This document shows, one piece after another, positions 27,312 to 37,200 of a stretch of 64,000 nt of DNA; position 1 is the stretch's first letter, and each line of letters begins with the position of its first letter. A model generated the notes under the pieces. That model was not told where the DNA came from. It did no database searches and was given only the letters and a program-made list of their open reading frames with translations. Both the position numbers and the translations under genes were made by a program. This DNA is from an uncultured virus (IMG/VR IMGVR_UViG_3300013382_000009) (taxonomy: Duplodnaviria > Heunggongvirae > Uroviricota > Caudoviricetes): the IMG/VR virus record IMGVR_UViG_3300013382_000009; one strand, written 5' to 3'.

Positions 27312-27362
27312 TAGTGCGGTCTCACGGCTTGAACGTGAAGTGCTCCTCTATTCGCTGACCGC
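27312..27362 (-). ncRNA. mini tRNA-like element (acceptor stem plus T-arm)
   Basis: GCGGTC/GACCGC stem stacked on TCACG-TTCAAGC-CGTGA, 3' ACTA; intergenic. Confidence 0.6.
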
Positions 27363-27579
27363 TCCTTGTGTTACTTGTGCCCGAAAAGGAATATCTTAAC
27401 TAACTGGTGGTACGTCTTAATGTCATCCTTACAAAGGTGTCTCAAATCGTCCAACAAATACTTACGTTCGTGCTGCCGCACTCTAGCCAGTACAAGAAGA
27501 TAGCCCCTAATGATTCGTGGCAATTACTCTCATCATAGAATTTCTTCTGTTGCTCATAAGTCTTGTTCTTTCTCATTGT

Positions 27580-27843
27580 CTATTTAACTTTAATGTACAT
27601 AATTCTATAATAAACGTCTCGTCCCTCCTTAGAAGATTCTGTATGAGAATAGCGCTCCCAAGTATGGTAGTACTTTCCGTTATGTCGTGTTCGTCCTATC
27701 CATCTGTACCCGACTTGCTTGTTAAGTCTCTTCGAATACTGGATTCTCTCCTTAGTGAAAGTTGCGGGAGAATAATGCTCCTCAACAACTTCCTTTCCCT
27801 CGTTTGTGCTCCACAAAGTTTGGTATAATATCTTGTACCCCAT
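27580..27843 (-). CDS. hypothetical early protein
   Basis: 87-aa ORF. Confidence 0.55.
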   Translation of the reverse strand: MGYKILYQTLWSTNEGKEVVEEHYSPATFTKERIQYSKRLNKQVGYRWIGRTRHNGKYYHTWERYSHTESSKEGRDVYYRIMYIKVK

Positions 27844-27858
27844 TGTCTTAACCTCCTA

Positions 27859-28044
27859 TTAATTAATACTTCCGTCCTCATATACTTCGATGTTCCAGTT
27901 GTCTGCAACATCTTCAAGTGCATCCGCCATCTTGTCGGATTCCATAACGTTGGATAACTCTTCTAGAAGAGCGTCCGCTCCTTGTACTCCCTTAAGGTTC
28001 TGCAATAATGTGTAAACCTCTCTCCAATCTCTTAAAACTGCCAT
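27859..28044 (-). CDS. small acidic hypothetical early protein
   Basis: 61 aa, D/E-rich. Confidence 0.6.
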   Translation of the reverse strand: MAVLRDWREVYTLLQNLKGVQGADALLEELSNVMESDKMADALEDVADNWNIEVYEDGSIN

Positions 28045-28250
28045 ATTATTAACCTCCTATATTAATAGTTTAACTTATTCTTTAATGCTCTTATCTCTTT
28101 GATGAGGGAATTAGCGAAATGCTCGGGATATGCTCCCATTTTCTCGTATCTTTGAATTGTTGGTATTCTATCGTCTAAAGCGATGATAATTGTTTGTACC
28201 TCATCACTTGTAAGTGTTATTGTTTTCTCCATTGTCTTGTGTCCGTTAGG

Positions 28251-28297
28251 CTCGGGGGAGGGCGAAGCCCCGGGGGCTTGCCCCCTTATCTCCCGAG
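28251..28297. repeat. GC-rich three-way-junction repeat, copy 2
   Basis: GGGA-[GGGC GAA GCCC]-C-[GGGGGC TT GCCCCC]-TTATC-TCCC with extended CTCGG/CCGAG. Confidence 0.85.
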
Positions 28298-28839
28298 GGT
28301 GTTAATCACTCATTTCATATACCCAAAATGTAGCTATTCTTTTCTCACCTTGTGCGATATTCGATAGCTTTGCAAAATTGCCTGCATCCTCCTTGTTATC
28401 GAATTGTCCCGATACATCAGTACTCTTTGTTACATTGTACTGCTTGATAACTAAATACTTCTTCATGTTGTTGTTGCTTTAATAATTAAACTTCCGTTAC
28501 CTAATAAAAGTGGAGGTGTACGTTTCCGCCCAACGTCTGCAAGCTATATGCAGCCTAGCTCCCTCTCTTAACGTTCGTGGGTCAACGTGTTTCGATATTT
28601 AACCAGTCTAACACGACTGGGTGTTTACTTCCGCCCTAGAAGAGTGTTTGAGACTTCTTTGTCTGTGCGCCTTTGGCAGTTCTGCGCTAACTGGGTTGCA
28701 TTTTCCTTTGATGTTTTAGAAGTTCTATCTCTTCCCCATTTCCCGACTAAGCTGTTACTTTATAGAGGTAGTTAAACGTGATTGGGCTAAACGTGCCATC
28801 GTTCCTCTTTGAAATCTCGTTGTAACTTGATTTCGAGTG

Positions 28840-29036
28840 CAAAGATAGCGCATTTCTACGAAAGTTGTATCAAAATATCGAAATATCTTGCTTATTTTTA
28901 CGCTATTTAACTAAAAACTAGCGCAAATATACGAAAGTCTTAAAAGAATTAACAAATAAATAGCGTAATTATACGTTATCAAAAATAAAAAAGTTTGGTA
29001 ATTTTGCGCTAGTTTGAAAGAAATTTTGTATCTTTG
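28840..29036. promoter_or_regulatory. divergent promoters with five operator repeats
   Basis: minus-strand TAnnTTTG at 28840-28847 and 28924-28931, plus-strand at 29029-29036; TAGCGYA-N4-TA(C/A)(G/C) x5. Confidence 0.75.
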
Positions 29037-29056
29037 CAACCTAAAATATATAAAAT

Positions 29057-29359
29057 ATGATAGAATTAAGAGTAAAAGAGTGCTGCAAGGCACACAACAT
29101 ATTGATGTCAGAATTGGCTACCCGAATGGGCTATGAGCAAGTAACCAGTCTTAACCAGTTGTTGAGACGAAGAAAGATTGGGCTTGACAAGTTGGAGCAA
29201 ATGGCAGATATAATCGGCTGCAAGGTGTCTGAATTGTTCGAGGAGGAGAGCAAAGAAGACTTTGCAGCATATATCCGCTACAATGGTATTCACTATACCG
29301 CTGATAGTATCGAAGAGTTCTTTAAACAAGTAGATGAACTAAAGGTTATAATAAAATGA
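29057..29359 (+). CDS. XRE-family HTH regulator (second repressor)
   Basis: LRVKECCKAHNILMSELATRMG...LDKLEQMADIIGCKVSELF. Confidence 0.85.
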   Translation: MIELRVKECCKAHNILMSELATRMGYEQVTSLNQLLRRRKIGLDKLEQMADIIGCKVSELFEEESKEDFAAYIRYNGIHYTADSIEEFFKQVDELKVIIK

Positions 29360-29661
29360 AGAAGTTGAAAGATATATTGTTGGGCTTGCTCGGTGCTTGC
29401 TTTGTTGGTGTTGTATTGGTGTATTCATTCAAGAACACTTTCTTCTATAGTGTGAATGATGATGTTGAGCGAAAGGCAGAAGAGCAGAAAGAAGAGTATC
29501 ACAGAGAGTACGAAGAAATGGAAGTTTGGGCAGATTCGGAAACGAATTACTATCACTTTGACTATTACTGCAAAGGGGTTCACGAAGATATGACCGACAA
29601 GATGCCATTGTATAAGGCAGAACAACAAGGGTTCGAACCTTGCCACTTCTGTACAGAGTGA
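29356..29661 (+). CDS. membrane-anchored protein with Ada-like Zn-binding C-terminus
   Basis: N-terminal TM; YYHFDYYC...AEQQGFEPCHFC. Confidence 0.6.
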   Translation: MKKLKDILLGLLGACFVGVVLVYSFKNTFFYSVNDDVERKAEEQKEEYHREYEEMEVWADSETNYYHFDYYCKGVHEDMTDKMPLYKAEQQGFEPCHFCTE

Positions 29662-29672
29662 GGGCGCCAGCC

Positions 29673-29730
29673 CCTCGGACGTGGGGAGCGGCGCAGCCGC
29701 TGGGGGCGTTGCCCCCTTATCTCCCCGAGG
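29673..29730. repeat. GC-rich three-way-junction repeat, copy 3
   Basis: GGGGA-[GCGGC GCA GCCGC]-T-[GGGGGC GTT GCCCCC]-TTATC-TCCCC. Confidence 0.85.
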
Positions 29731-29785
29731 TTCTTTTCACCCTCTCCACATAAGATAGAGAGAAGAAGAAGAACAAACAACAAGA

Positions 29786-30150
29786 GAGAAGACAAATGAG
29801 AAGACAAAACATCCTGCAAACCCTGCAAACTATGCAAACCCTAAGACTTGACCTAGACTTGACACGGAGTTGGTACGGACTTGACACGGAGAAGGTCAAG
29901 AGAAGACTGTGAGAAGAAAAGTGTCTAGATTCTGCTTGAAATATCCTCTCTAGCCCCTTGTTTCTAGATTGTGGGTAAATCTGTGCAAAACTCTGGAACA
30001 TGCCTAAAAAGGGCTGAAAATGGCTCTGATGGGCTTAAAATGGGCTTTAAACGGCTCAAACTTGCGAATTTGGCTGAAATCTCGGGGAATCGGGCGAAAT
30101 CGCTAAAAATCGCTCGAAATGGTTTGAATGCGAGTGCAAAACAAACAAGA
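29786..30150. repeat. iteron-like short repeats and phased A-tracts
   Basis: TGCAAAC x3 at 9-bp period, GACTTGAC-type x4 at 11-bp period, GAGAAGAC x3; A-tracts about every 10-11 bp from 30006. Confidence 0.6.
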
Positions 30151-30532
30151 CTGGGGAAGACTGGAGGTTAAATCTTCTTAATCGAACCTTATGCGCATGT
30201 GCGTACATATTTAATGCAAACCGAAAATCTAGGTAATTAGGACACGAAAAGCACAATTATCAATTATATTTACACTTTGCTTTTATTCACCATCGGGAGT
30301 GATTGAGACTAAAGTCTTAATTACTAAGTACTTGTATTTTCTTTACAATAATCGCTTTATTTGACAAAATGGCTCGATTGAGGGCTGAATGAGTGAATGG
30401 GGTGAGGGTAAAATGCGCCCCGACTAACACATTTATGAGGTTTTGAGGACAAAATACCCTCATCGTGGTATCGGCAAAAGCGACCTTCAAATATTATATA
30501 TTTGCCCTCGAAATCATCAAATAATAGCTATT

Positions 30533-31294
30533 ATGACAGAAATATTACTTAGAATGCCGAAGAACTTGACTGCATCCCCAGTGATGGCAGACAAGAAGGA
30601 GTGGGTTGCCACTGCTGCAATGTTGGCTGGCTCTGTCGCTTCCTCCATATTTGGCGCAAACAAGGCAAAGAAGGCAGCGAGAAAGGCGCAAGCGGAGAAT
30701 ACTTACCGTTCGAACGCTGAAAAGGCATGGTACGACAAGAACTACAACACAGACTACCTAGACACCAAGGCGGGGCAGAATCTTATGAGAAGAGCCAAGG
30801 AAGTGCAAGACGATTATGTTCGCAAGGCTGACGGAGCGGCTGCGGTTGGTGGTGGCACTGCCGCTTCCGTGGCGATGGCTAAGGAGCAAGCAAACAAGGC
30901 TATGGGCGACACGATTGCCAACGTTGCAGCCCAAGACACTGCAAGAAAGCAACAAGTGGAGGATGCTCATCAACAGAACGTAATGCAGTTGAGCAGAGAG
31001 AGACAACAGATTGAGCAAGACAAGGCTAATGCTACTTCCCAAGCGGCTCAAAATATGTCGAATGCCCTCTTCTCGGCTGGTGTGAACCAATTGGGGTCAC
31101 AACTCGAAGGAGGTAAAGGACTGAATAAGAGCGGCTTAGGTACAAGCACACCTAATATTGATACCCAAAAGATAACAGAAGTGAGCAAACTCGCACCTAA
31201 CCCAGTGCCAAAGCAGCCAAGCGGTGGACTCNNNNNNNNNNNNNNNNNNNNNNNNNNNNNNNNNNNNNNNNNNNNNNNNNNNNNNNNNNNNTGA
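30533..31294 (+). CDS. probable DNA ejection/pilot protein (3' end in N-gap)
   Basis: hydrophobic WVATAAMLAGSVASSIFG, then basic KAKKAARKA and Ala/Gln-rich helices; promoter TATATTTG at 30497. Confidence 0.6.
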   Translation: MTEILLRMPKNLTASPVMADKKEWVATAAMLAGSVASSIFGANKAKKAARKAQAENTYRSNAEKAWYDKNYNTDYLDTKAGQNLMRRAKEVQDDYVRKADGAAAVGGGTAASVAMAKEQANKAMGDTIANVAAQDTARKQQVEDAHQQNVMQLSRERQQIEQDKANATSQAAQNMSNALFSAGVNQLGSQLEGGKGLNKSGLGTSTPNIDTQKITEVSKLAPNPVPKQPSGGLXXXXXXXXXXXXXXXXXXXX

Positions 31295-31510
31295 CGAGCG
31301 ACCGAGGCAAGGCAAGGTGGACAGGCAGACAGGTGTAAACATCGACCCCAAGACCCCCACCCCCTTTGACCACCGTTGCAAATTATAGTTGATAAATACA
31401 TAAATAAAAATGTCCTCCACCCCCCCACCCCCTCTTTTCCAAAATGGGTTTTCCGATTTTCCCCACCCCCTTAAAAATCGAGAAGTGTTAATAAGTTTAA
31501 AACAGAGAAT

Positions 31511-31840
31511 ATGAAGAAGGTTTTAATCAATAGAAAGAAAGTTGACCTCACAGATTCAACCCATTGGGAATTGAAGGAAGTGAAGGTGTCTGCTTTGTGC
31601 AAGATAACAAGAGAAGGTCAGCTTGGCTTGTATAACTGCAACACGAAAAAGTTTGAGGGCATAGAAGGTGACCTGATTGAGTACCACAATGGCAACAAGT
31701 TTTATCGAGGTCACGTTGTTGACTACACTTGTTTTCAATTTGTATGCGCAGCAGAATACGGTCGTGTTCTTTTAACAGCCTATGATGCTTATAACCACAT
31801 GAAGGTTTTAGAGCACAATGGCGAAATTTCAGAAGTTTAA
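31511..31840 (+). CDS. hypothetical protein
   Basis: 109-aa ORF. Confidence 0.55.
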   Translation: MKKVLINRKKVDLTDSTHWELKEVKVSALCKITREGQLGLYNCNTKKFEGIEGDLIEYHNGNKFYRGHVVDYTCFQFVCAAEYGRVLLTAYDAYNHMKVLEHNGEISEV

Positions 31841-32012
31841 ACGTTTAAATAGAAAAAAGATGCTACATTGTGATACGTATTATAAGTTTCAGGAGATTTG
31901 GATAAGAAATCAGAAATCTACAGAATATAGGGAGAAGTCTTTTTATAAGTTTAATCCAAACGAGTCACCCTTAGCACAAATTGCTAGAATTAATAACGGA
32001 ATATTGAATTAA
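31818..32012 (+). CDS. hypothetical protein
   Basis: 64-aa ORF. Confidence 0.4.
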   Translation: MAKFQKFKRLNRKKMLHCDTYYKFQEIWIRNQKSTEYREKSFYKFNPNESPLAQIARINNGILN

Positions 32013-32031
32013 TATTTAAATAGAATAGATT

Positions 32032-32895
32032 ATGACATTAGAAGAAGCAAAGAAGCTATTGAAGAAGGAAGGTTTTGTACTTACAAAGGTAGATTACGAA
32101 TCAGTTCCTTCGGATGCTTTTACAAAATATGAGAGTCCTGACGTTGTAGAAGCAATGAAGATAGTTCAAAAAGCTAGTTATAGTATCGGTATGGTTCTTG
32201 ACGAATTTGATGCCCGCAAGGCTCGTTTGAAGAAGGAGTATGAGGCAAAGACCACGGCTCCAGGCGGTGAGAGTCCTGCTATTAAAGAGTCTGCCAAGCT
32301 GTTTAACGATGCTTTGTTGGACGAACAGGCTAAGAAGATTTTCAAACAGTCAAGAGAGATTGATGAGTTGAAAATGCGTAATATGGCTTTGGACGAGCTT
32401 TCCGCTTCTCGCAATAAGATCATCGTGAAGCAGAGCAAGAAGATTAGCAAGCTGAGAAAGGTTATTCGTGACAAGGATGCTGTTTTGTCTGACGTATCAG
32501 AGGAGCTTCGCCTTTCAAAGGTTCGTGAGGATAAGTTGACCGAGGTGTGCCAGAAATACTTGAAGGAGATTGAGGGGTTGAAGAATCAACTTCATGATTT
32601 GCAGCAAAAGCACTTTGCCTTAATGGACGAAAGAGACCAGACTGTAGGAGAGTTAAAGGCAAAGATACGAAACTTGAAGAAGCCTCGCATTCCAACTCCA
32701 GAGGAGACTAAGCCTTACCCTGCCGAGGACAATCCAGAGGATGCTAATCCTAAGTACAATATTTACGTTGAAGATTGGGTCTGGAAAGCTTTAGGTAAAG
32801 AGCGCAAGAAGCCTACCGAGGACGATATTATGGAAGGCTGCAAGGAAATGTTGCGTTTGAACATCAAGTTGATGCGTGATTTGTTTGACGAATAA
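32032..32895 (+). CDS. coiled-coil hypothetical protein
   Basis: 287 aa, heptad-rich. Confidence 0.7.
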   Translation: MTLEEAKKLLKKEGFVLTKVDYESVPSDAFTKYESPDVVEAMKIVQKASYSIGMVLDEFDARKARLKKEYEAKTTAPGGESPAIKESAKLFNDALLDEQAKKIFKQSREIDELKMRNMALDELSASRNKIIVKQSKKISKLRKVIRDKDAVLSDVSEELRLSKVREDKLTEVCQKYLKEIEGLKNQLHDLQQKHFALMDERDQTVGELKAKIRNLKKPRIPTPEETKPYPAEDNPEDANPKYNIYVEDWVWKALGKERKKPTEDDIMEGCKEMLRLNIKLMRDLFDE

Positions 32896-32905
32896 TCGTT
32901 AATAT

Positions 32906-34272
32906 ATGAGCAAGTTTAGACCAAACAATAATAATAACAATAATGGTTCTCAGCCTCAGCAGCAGAGAGTGCCTATTGCCACTAATGGACCTAGCTACAT
33001 GGTTCAGCAGATGGCGGCACAGAACTTTGCGATGAGGAACGGAGGACAGTTGCCTACTACTATGGCTGGTTCGCCGAATGGGAATGCTCCTGCGGTGGCT
33101 GCGGCTCCTATGAACATGAACTTTTTTCAGCAGAATGGCGGTGCGACTGGCAAGTATGAGGCTCCTGTCGTGCAGCAAGAGCCAGACCTTACGCCTTCCA
33201 CTCCTGCCCCTGCCCCAGAGTATGGGACGGATGGAGTACAGTTCGCCAATCCTTCACAGCCTCAGCAGAATGATATGGATTCCTTGTCGGCGGCTCTGAA
33301 TGGCGCTGGCGTTTCTCATCCTCAGCAACAGGTTCCCGAGTTTCACGCCGACCCTTCACAGAGGGACGGAGGTTTCTTTGGGTGGCTCAGCGGATTGATT
33401 CCGAAGAATAGACCGGGTATGAGAGAGGGCGAGACTCCAGATGAGTATGATCGCCGAATTACCACCAACAGGGAGCGTATCGCTGCGTTCGCCGATGCCA
33501 TCCGGCACATGGCTAACATAGTGAACACAGCCAAGGGTGCGCCTCTGCAACAGTTCAACGACCCTACAGCCATGCTCGAACAGGGCTATCAGAACAGAAA
33601 GGCTCAGAGACAGAAGAAGGAGGCGGCGGATGCCAAGCAAGCCTATAACATGATGCCAAGCAAGCCTATAACATGGCAAACCTTACATTGAAGAAGCGTG
33701 CTGCTGAGGCTGCCGAGGCTTACAAGCGAATGTCTCTCGGCTACAAGGATGCGGCTGACAGAAGAGAGCGAGACAAGTTCAACTACCAGATGGCTAAGGA
33801 TGCTGCTGCGGCTCAAAGACAAGCGGAGCAGGATAAGCAGAAGCAGAGCAACTGGGAGAATCAGTTTAGATTCAGACAGCAACAGGCGGCTATCTCCAAT
33901 GGTCTCAGACAACAGTCCATCAATAAGCGTGGAAGTGGTAAGTCTGGAGGAGGCGGTCGTGGTGGCTCTGGTTCTGGAGCGGCTTACTCGCTGTACAACC
34001 CAAACACTGGCAAGACTGAGTACTTCAAGAACAACAATGAGTTCCTTCGCCGTGCTGGTGAACTTGGATATGATACTTCCAGACCTACATCAGAGAGTAC
34101 AAGCCAAGAGATTTACGACAAGAATGGCACCAAGAAGGTAACCAAGACCAACAGGGGAACTTCCGTTAATGCCAAGATTGGACAGCAGGAGGCTCAGAAG
34201 AAGAAACAGAATGCCAACAAGAACGCTCGAAAAGGTTCTAAGCTAAAGAACACCTCGGCACTTGGATTGTAA
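32906..34272 (+). CDS. probable ejection/internal virion protein, split by a 23-bp duplication (ORFs 32906-33691 and 33673-34272)
   Basis: Q/A/G-rich; removing one GATGCCAAGCAAGCCTATAACAT copy gives a single 447-aa ORF; immediately precedes the giant gene. Confidence 0.65.
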
Positions 34273-34293
34273 AATAGTAAATATTATTGATAT

Positions 34294-37200
34294 ATGAGTG
34301 ACAATAACACAAGTTACTTCGATTTGTACAAAGCCTTGAAAGCGGACGGTGCGGTTCAGGGCGACTGGGGTAGTTTCCATAAGTTTATTGGTGCGCCTGG
34401 CAAGCAGGGCTACCTCAACAGAAAGAAACTCTATGATGCGCTGAAAGCGGATGGAGCGGTGCAGTCTGGCAGCTACGAAGAGTTTAATATGAAGCTTTTC
34501 CGTGGCGGTCAGGCTAGCTTGAAGGCTGCAAAGCAGAGACAAACACAGAAGTCTGTACAGTCTCAGCCTAGCAAGCCTATGACTACTGCTGAGAGGGCAA
34601 GGCAGATTGGTCAGGAGTATATGCAGGGAAAGGCAGGAAAGAGCAAACAGCCTGTGGATTACCTTCACAGACCTCAGTCTCAGCGTGGAAAGGCGCCTGT
34701 TAATGCGCCAAAGACCGCCTCTCCTTTCGTTCAGTCCCTTTATGAGATTGACAATGCAAAGAAGGGAGCGGACTATCCTGTAAGCTACTCTTCCCCTAGA
34801 GGCGTACAGCAGGTTTATCAGCAGAATCAACAGGTGAGAAAGCAAGCGGCGAAGACCGCTGCAGACCATATCGCCAACGATGAGTATCGCCGTCAGAGTC
34901 AGCCGATGATTGACAACGGAACCGTGGGCGTAATGAAGCCTATGGGGCAGTTGGAGGAGGATATGCAGCAAAGCGCAAAGCAAATGGTGGACACTAACAT
35001 GCTAGGCGACGTGAACGATGCCATCAAGCAAGGTCTCGCAGAAAACGAGGAGAATGGTGCCTATGAAATGGGAAGGGTCAGCGGCTCTACAAGCGGTAGC
35101 TTCTGGGATAAATATCTCAGTATGCTCGGCGGTCAAGGTACTTCGTCGACTGCTATCCGTGCCTACAATGAGGCGAATGACCCAGAGAAAGCCTTGAAGC
35201 GTATTGGATTGGGGTTGCAGACGCTTGCGGATGATCCGAGATTCTCCAAGCAGATTTCGGACGAAGCAAACCGACTAGGCGTAACAGAGGACTACTATAA
35301 GAGCTATCTCGCCAACCAGCTAAACTCTGAGCTTGAAAAGAGATTCGATAAGGAGGCTATCAAGAAGTACTTCCCGAAGGATTCTATCAGCTATTGGCTC
35401 AACAATGCAGCAAGAGCCAACACGATAACGAGCACCATCATGGGTGCAGCTGGAACTAAGGGTGTGAACCGTCTGGCTGAGGAAGCCATGGCGGAAACCA
35501 ATGAAGGAAACAATCCATACTACAAGCCATCCACATTCGAGAAGGTATCTTCCGAGGTGGCAGGTATGGTATCCGACCCTTTATTTAAGGGAGCAGCAGG
35601 AGCTGGCGGAAAGGTAGCAGGCAAACTCCTTGGCAATAGCACAAGGGTTGGTGCGTTGATGGCTAACGGCAACTTGGCGCAGAGACTTGGATTGTCTGGT
35701 GTACAGGCTGTGACTAGTGGAGGCGTTACTGGTTTCACCTTTGGCGCAACAAGCGGGGCTATCCAGAACTTCTCCACTGGCGAGGACACATCTCTGGGTG
35801 GAACCTTGAAAGCTATGTTGGCGAGCGGTGCATCTGAGGCAGGTAGTTTTGCTACCATGAGCTTGGCTGGTGTTCCTCTTGGACAATTTGGGCGAAGCAT
35901 CGGACTGAAAAGCGTGAAGACCACTCCTTTGACCAAGGATTGGTTTAAGTATGGCTCTGCCAAGATAGGAATGGAAGCAGCCAAGACCTACATGGAAGGT
36001 ATGGGTATGTACCTCGGTGGCTATGTTTCTGGCAAGATTGAGGGACGTAATCAGGAGTTCAGTCTGTTTGATGGCACATTGGAGAGCCTTCCAACTGCCA
36101 TTGGATTCAGATTAACTCATTTGGCAGAAGGCTTGAAGGGCAAGCGATATGATAAGAACGGAAAGCCTCTAAACTGGTGGAACTCCACCATGGTGAAGTT
36201 TAACGAGTTCCTGACTTCCGACAAGGCTAAGGTTTCGCAATACATGATGACCGAGGGAGAAAAGCAGCAGATTATGAACTCCATCGACGAGACGAACGCT
36301 GCTAACCCGGGGCTGTTTGGGAACGTGTTCGATGCTGCCATGAAAGCCAAAACGGAGCTGAAAACAACTGGTGGTATTTTGGAGAAGCCTTTCATCGGCG
36401 AGCCAACTTCATTTGGCGATGTTGAGAGAGACATGGAGGTTGTCGAGACTGTCTATGATAAGATTATCGCCGACCCTAACGTGTCTTGGGATGCCAAGGC
36501 TAAGTTCTCAGCTATGGTGATGGGCGTTATGCCTTCCTCTCGCCCATTGATGGACTATGTGTTGTTCACCAATGAGGTAGTTATGAAAGATAATCTGAAC
36601 CGAGGTACACGCAAATACATCAATGAATATTCGAAATATGGCGAGTTGCTTTCAAAGCGAGAATACACGGATGCCGATGAGAAGGATAAAGCTCTGTATA
36701 CAATGAAAGCTTACAAGGAGCAAGCTAGACTCTGGAATGCTATTTCCGCTGTTACTAATATAGACAAGAATAACTATGACATGCAGAATGATTTCTATAT
36801 GCAGGGAATCAAGAATGCCGTTAGTAACGCTGATATTCGTGCCTTTGTTGACGGATTGGGTATTAAAGGATCTGCCGTAGAACGTGAGTTTACTAACTAT
36901 GCCATGGAGAAAGGCAACGTGTTGAAGATATTCGACTCGGTAGCCAAGCAATATGGTATGGAAACCGCTGACCTTGTAAAGGCTTTCAATAAGTCTGCCA
37001 TGCGCAGAACAGACAGGGAGCAGGAGGCTTGCATTCATCTTCGCCAGATAATGGAATTTACGGCTTTTCCTCCTAACAAGGTTCACGCAGAGCAGAGCAA
37101 CCTGAACGGAAAGGACGTGGCATCCGACAACAACCTTGGCACCGAGCAGCCTAACGGCGAGGCGGTGAAGCAGGAGTTGAACGGACTGAGACAGGCTGAG

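Noticed and set aside
32924..32944. Asn-codon run as a phase-variable repeat
   Set aside because: Mixed AAC/AAT trinucleotides, in frame; length change would not switch expression
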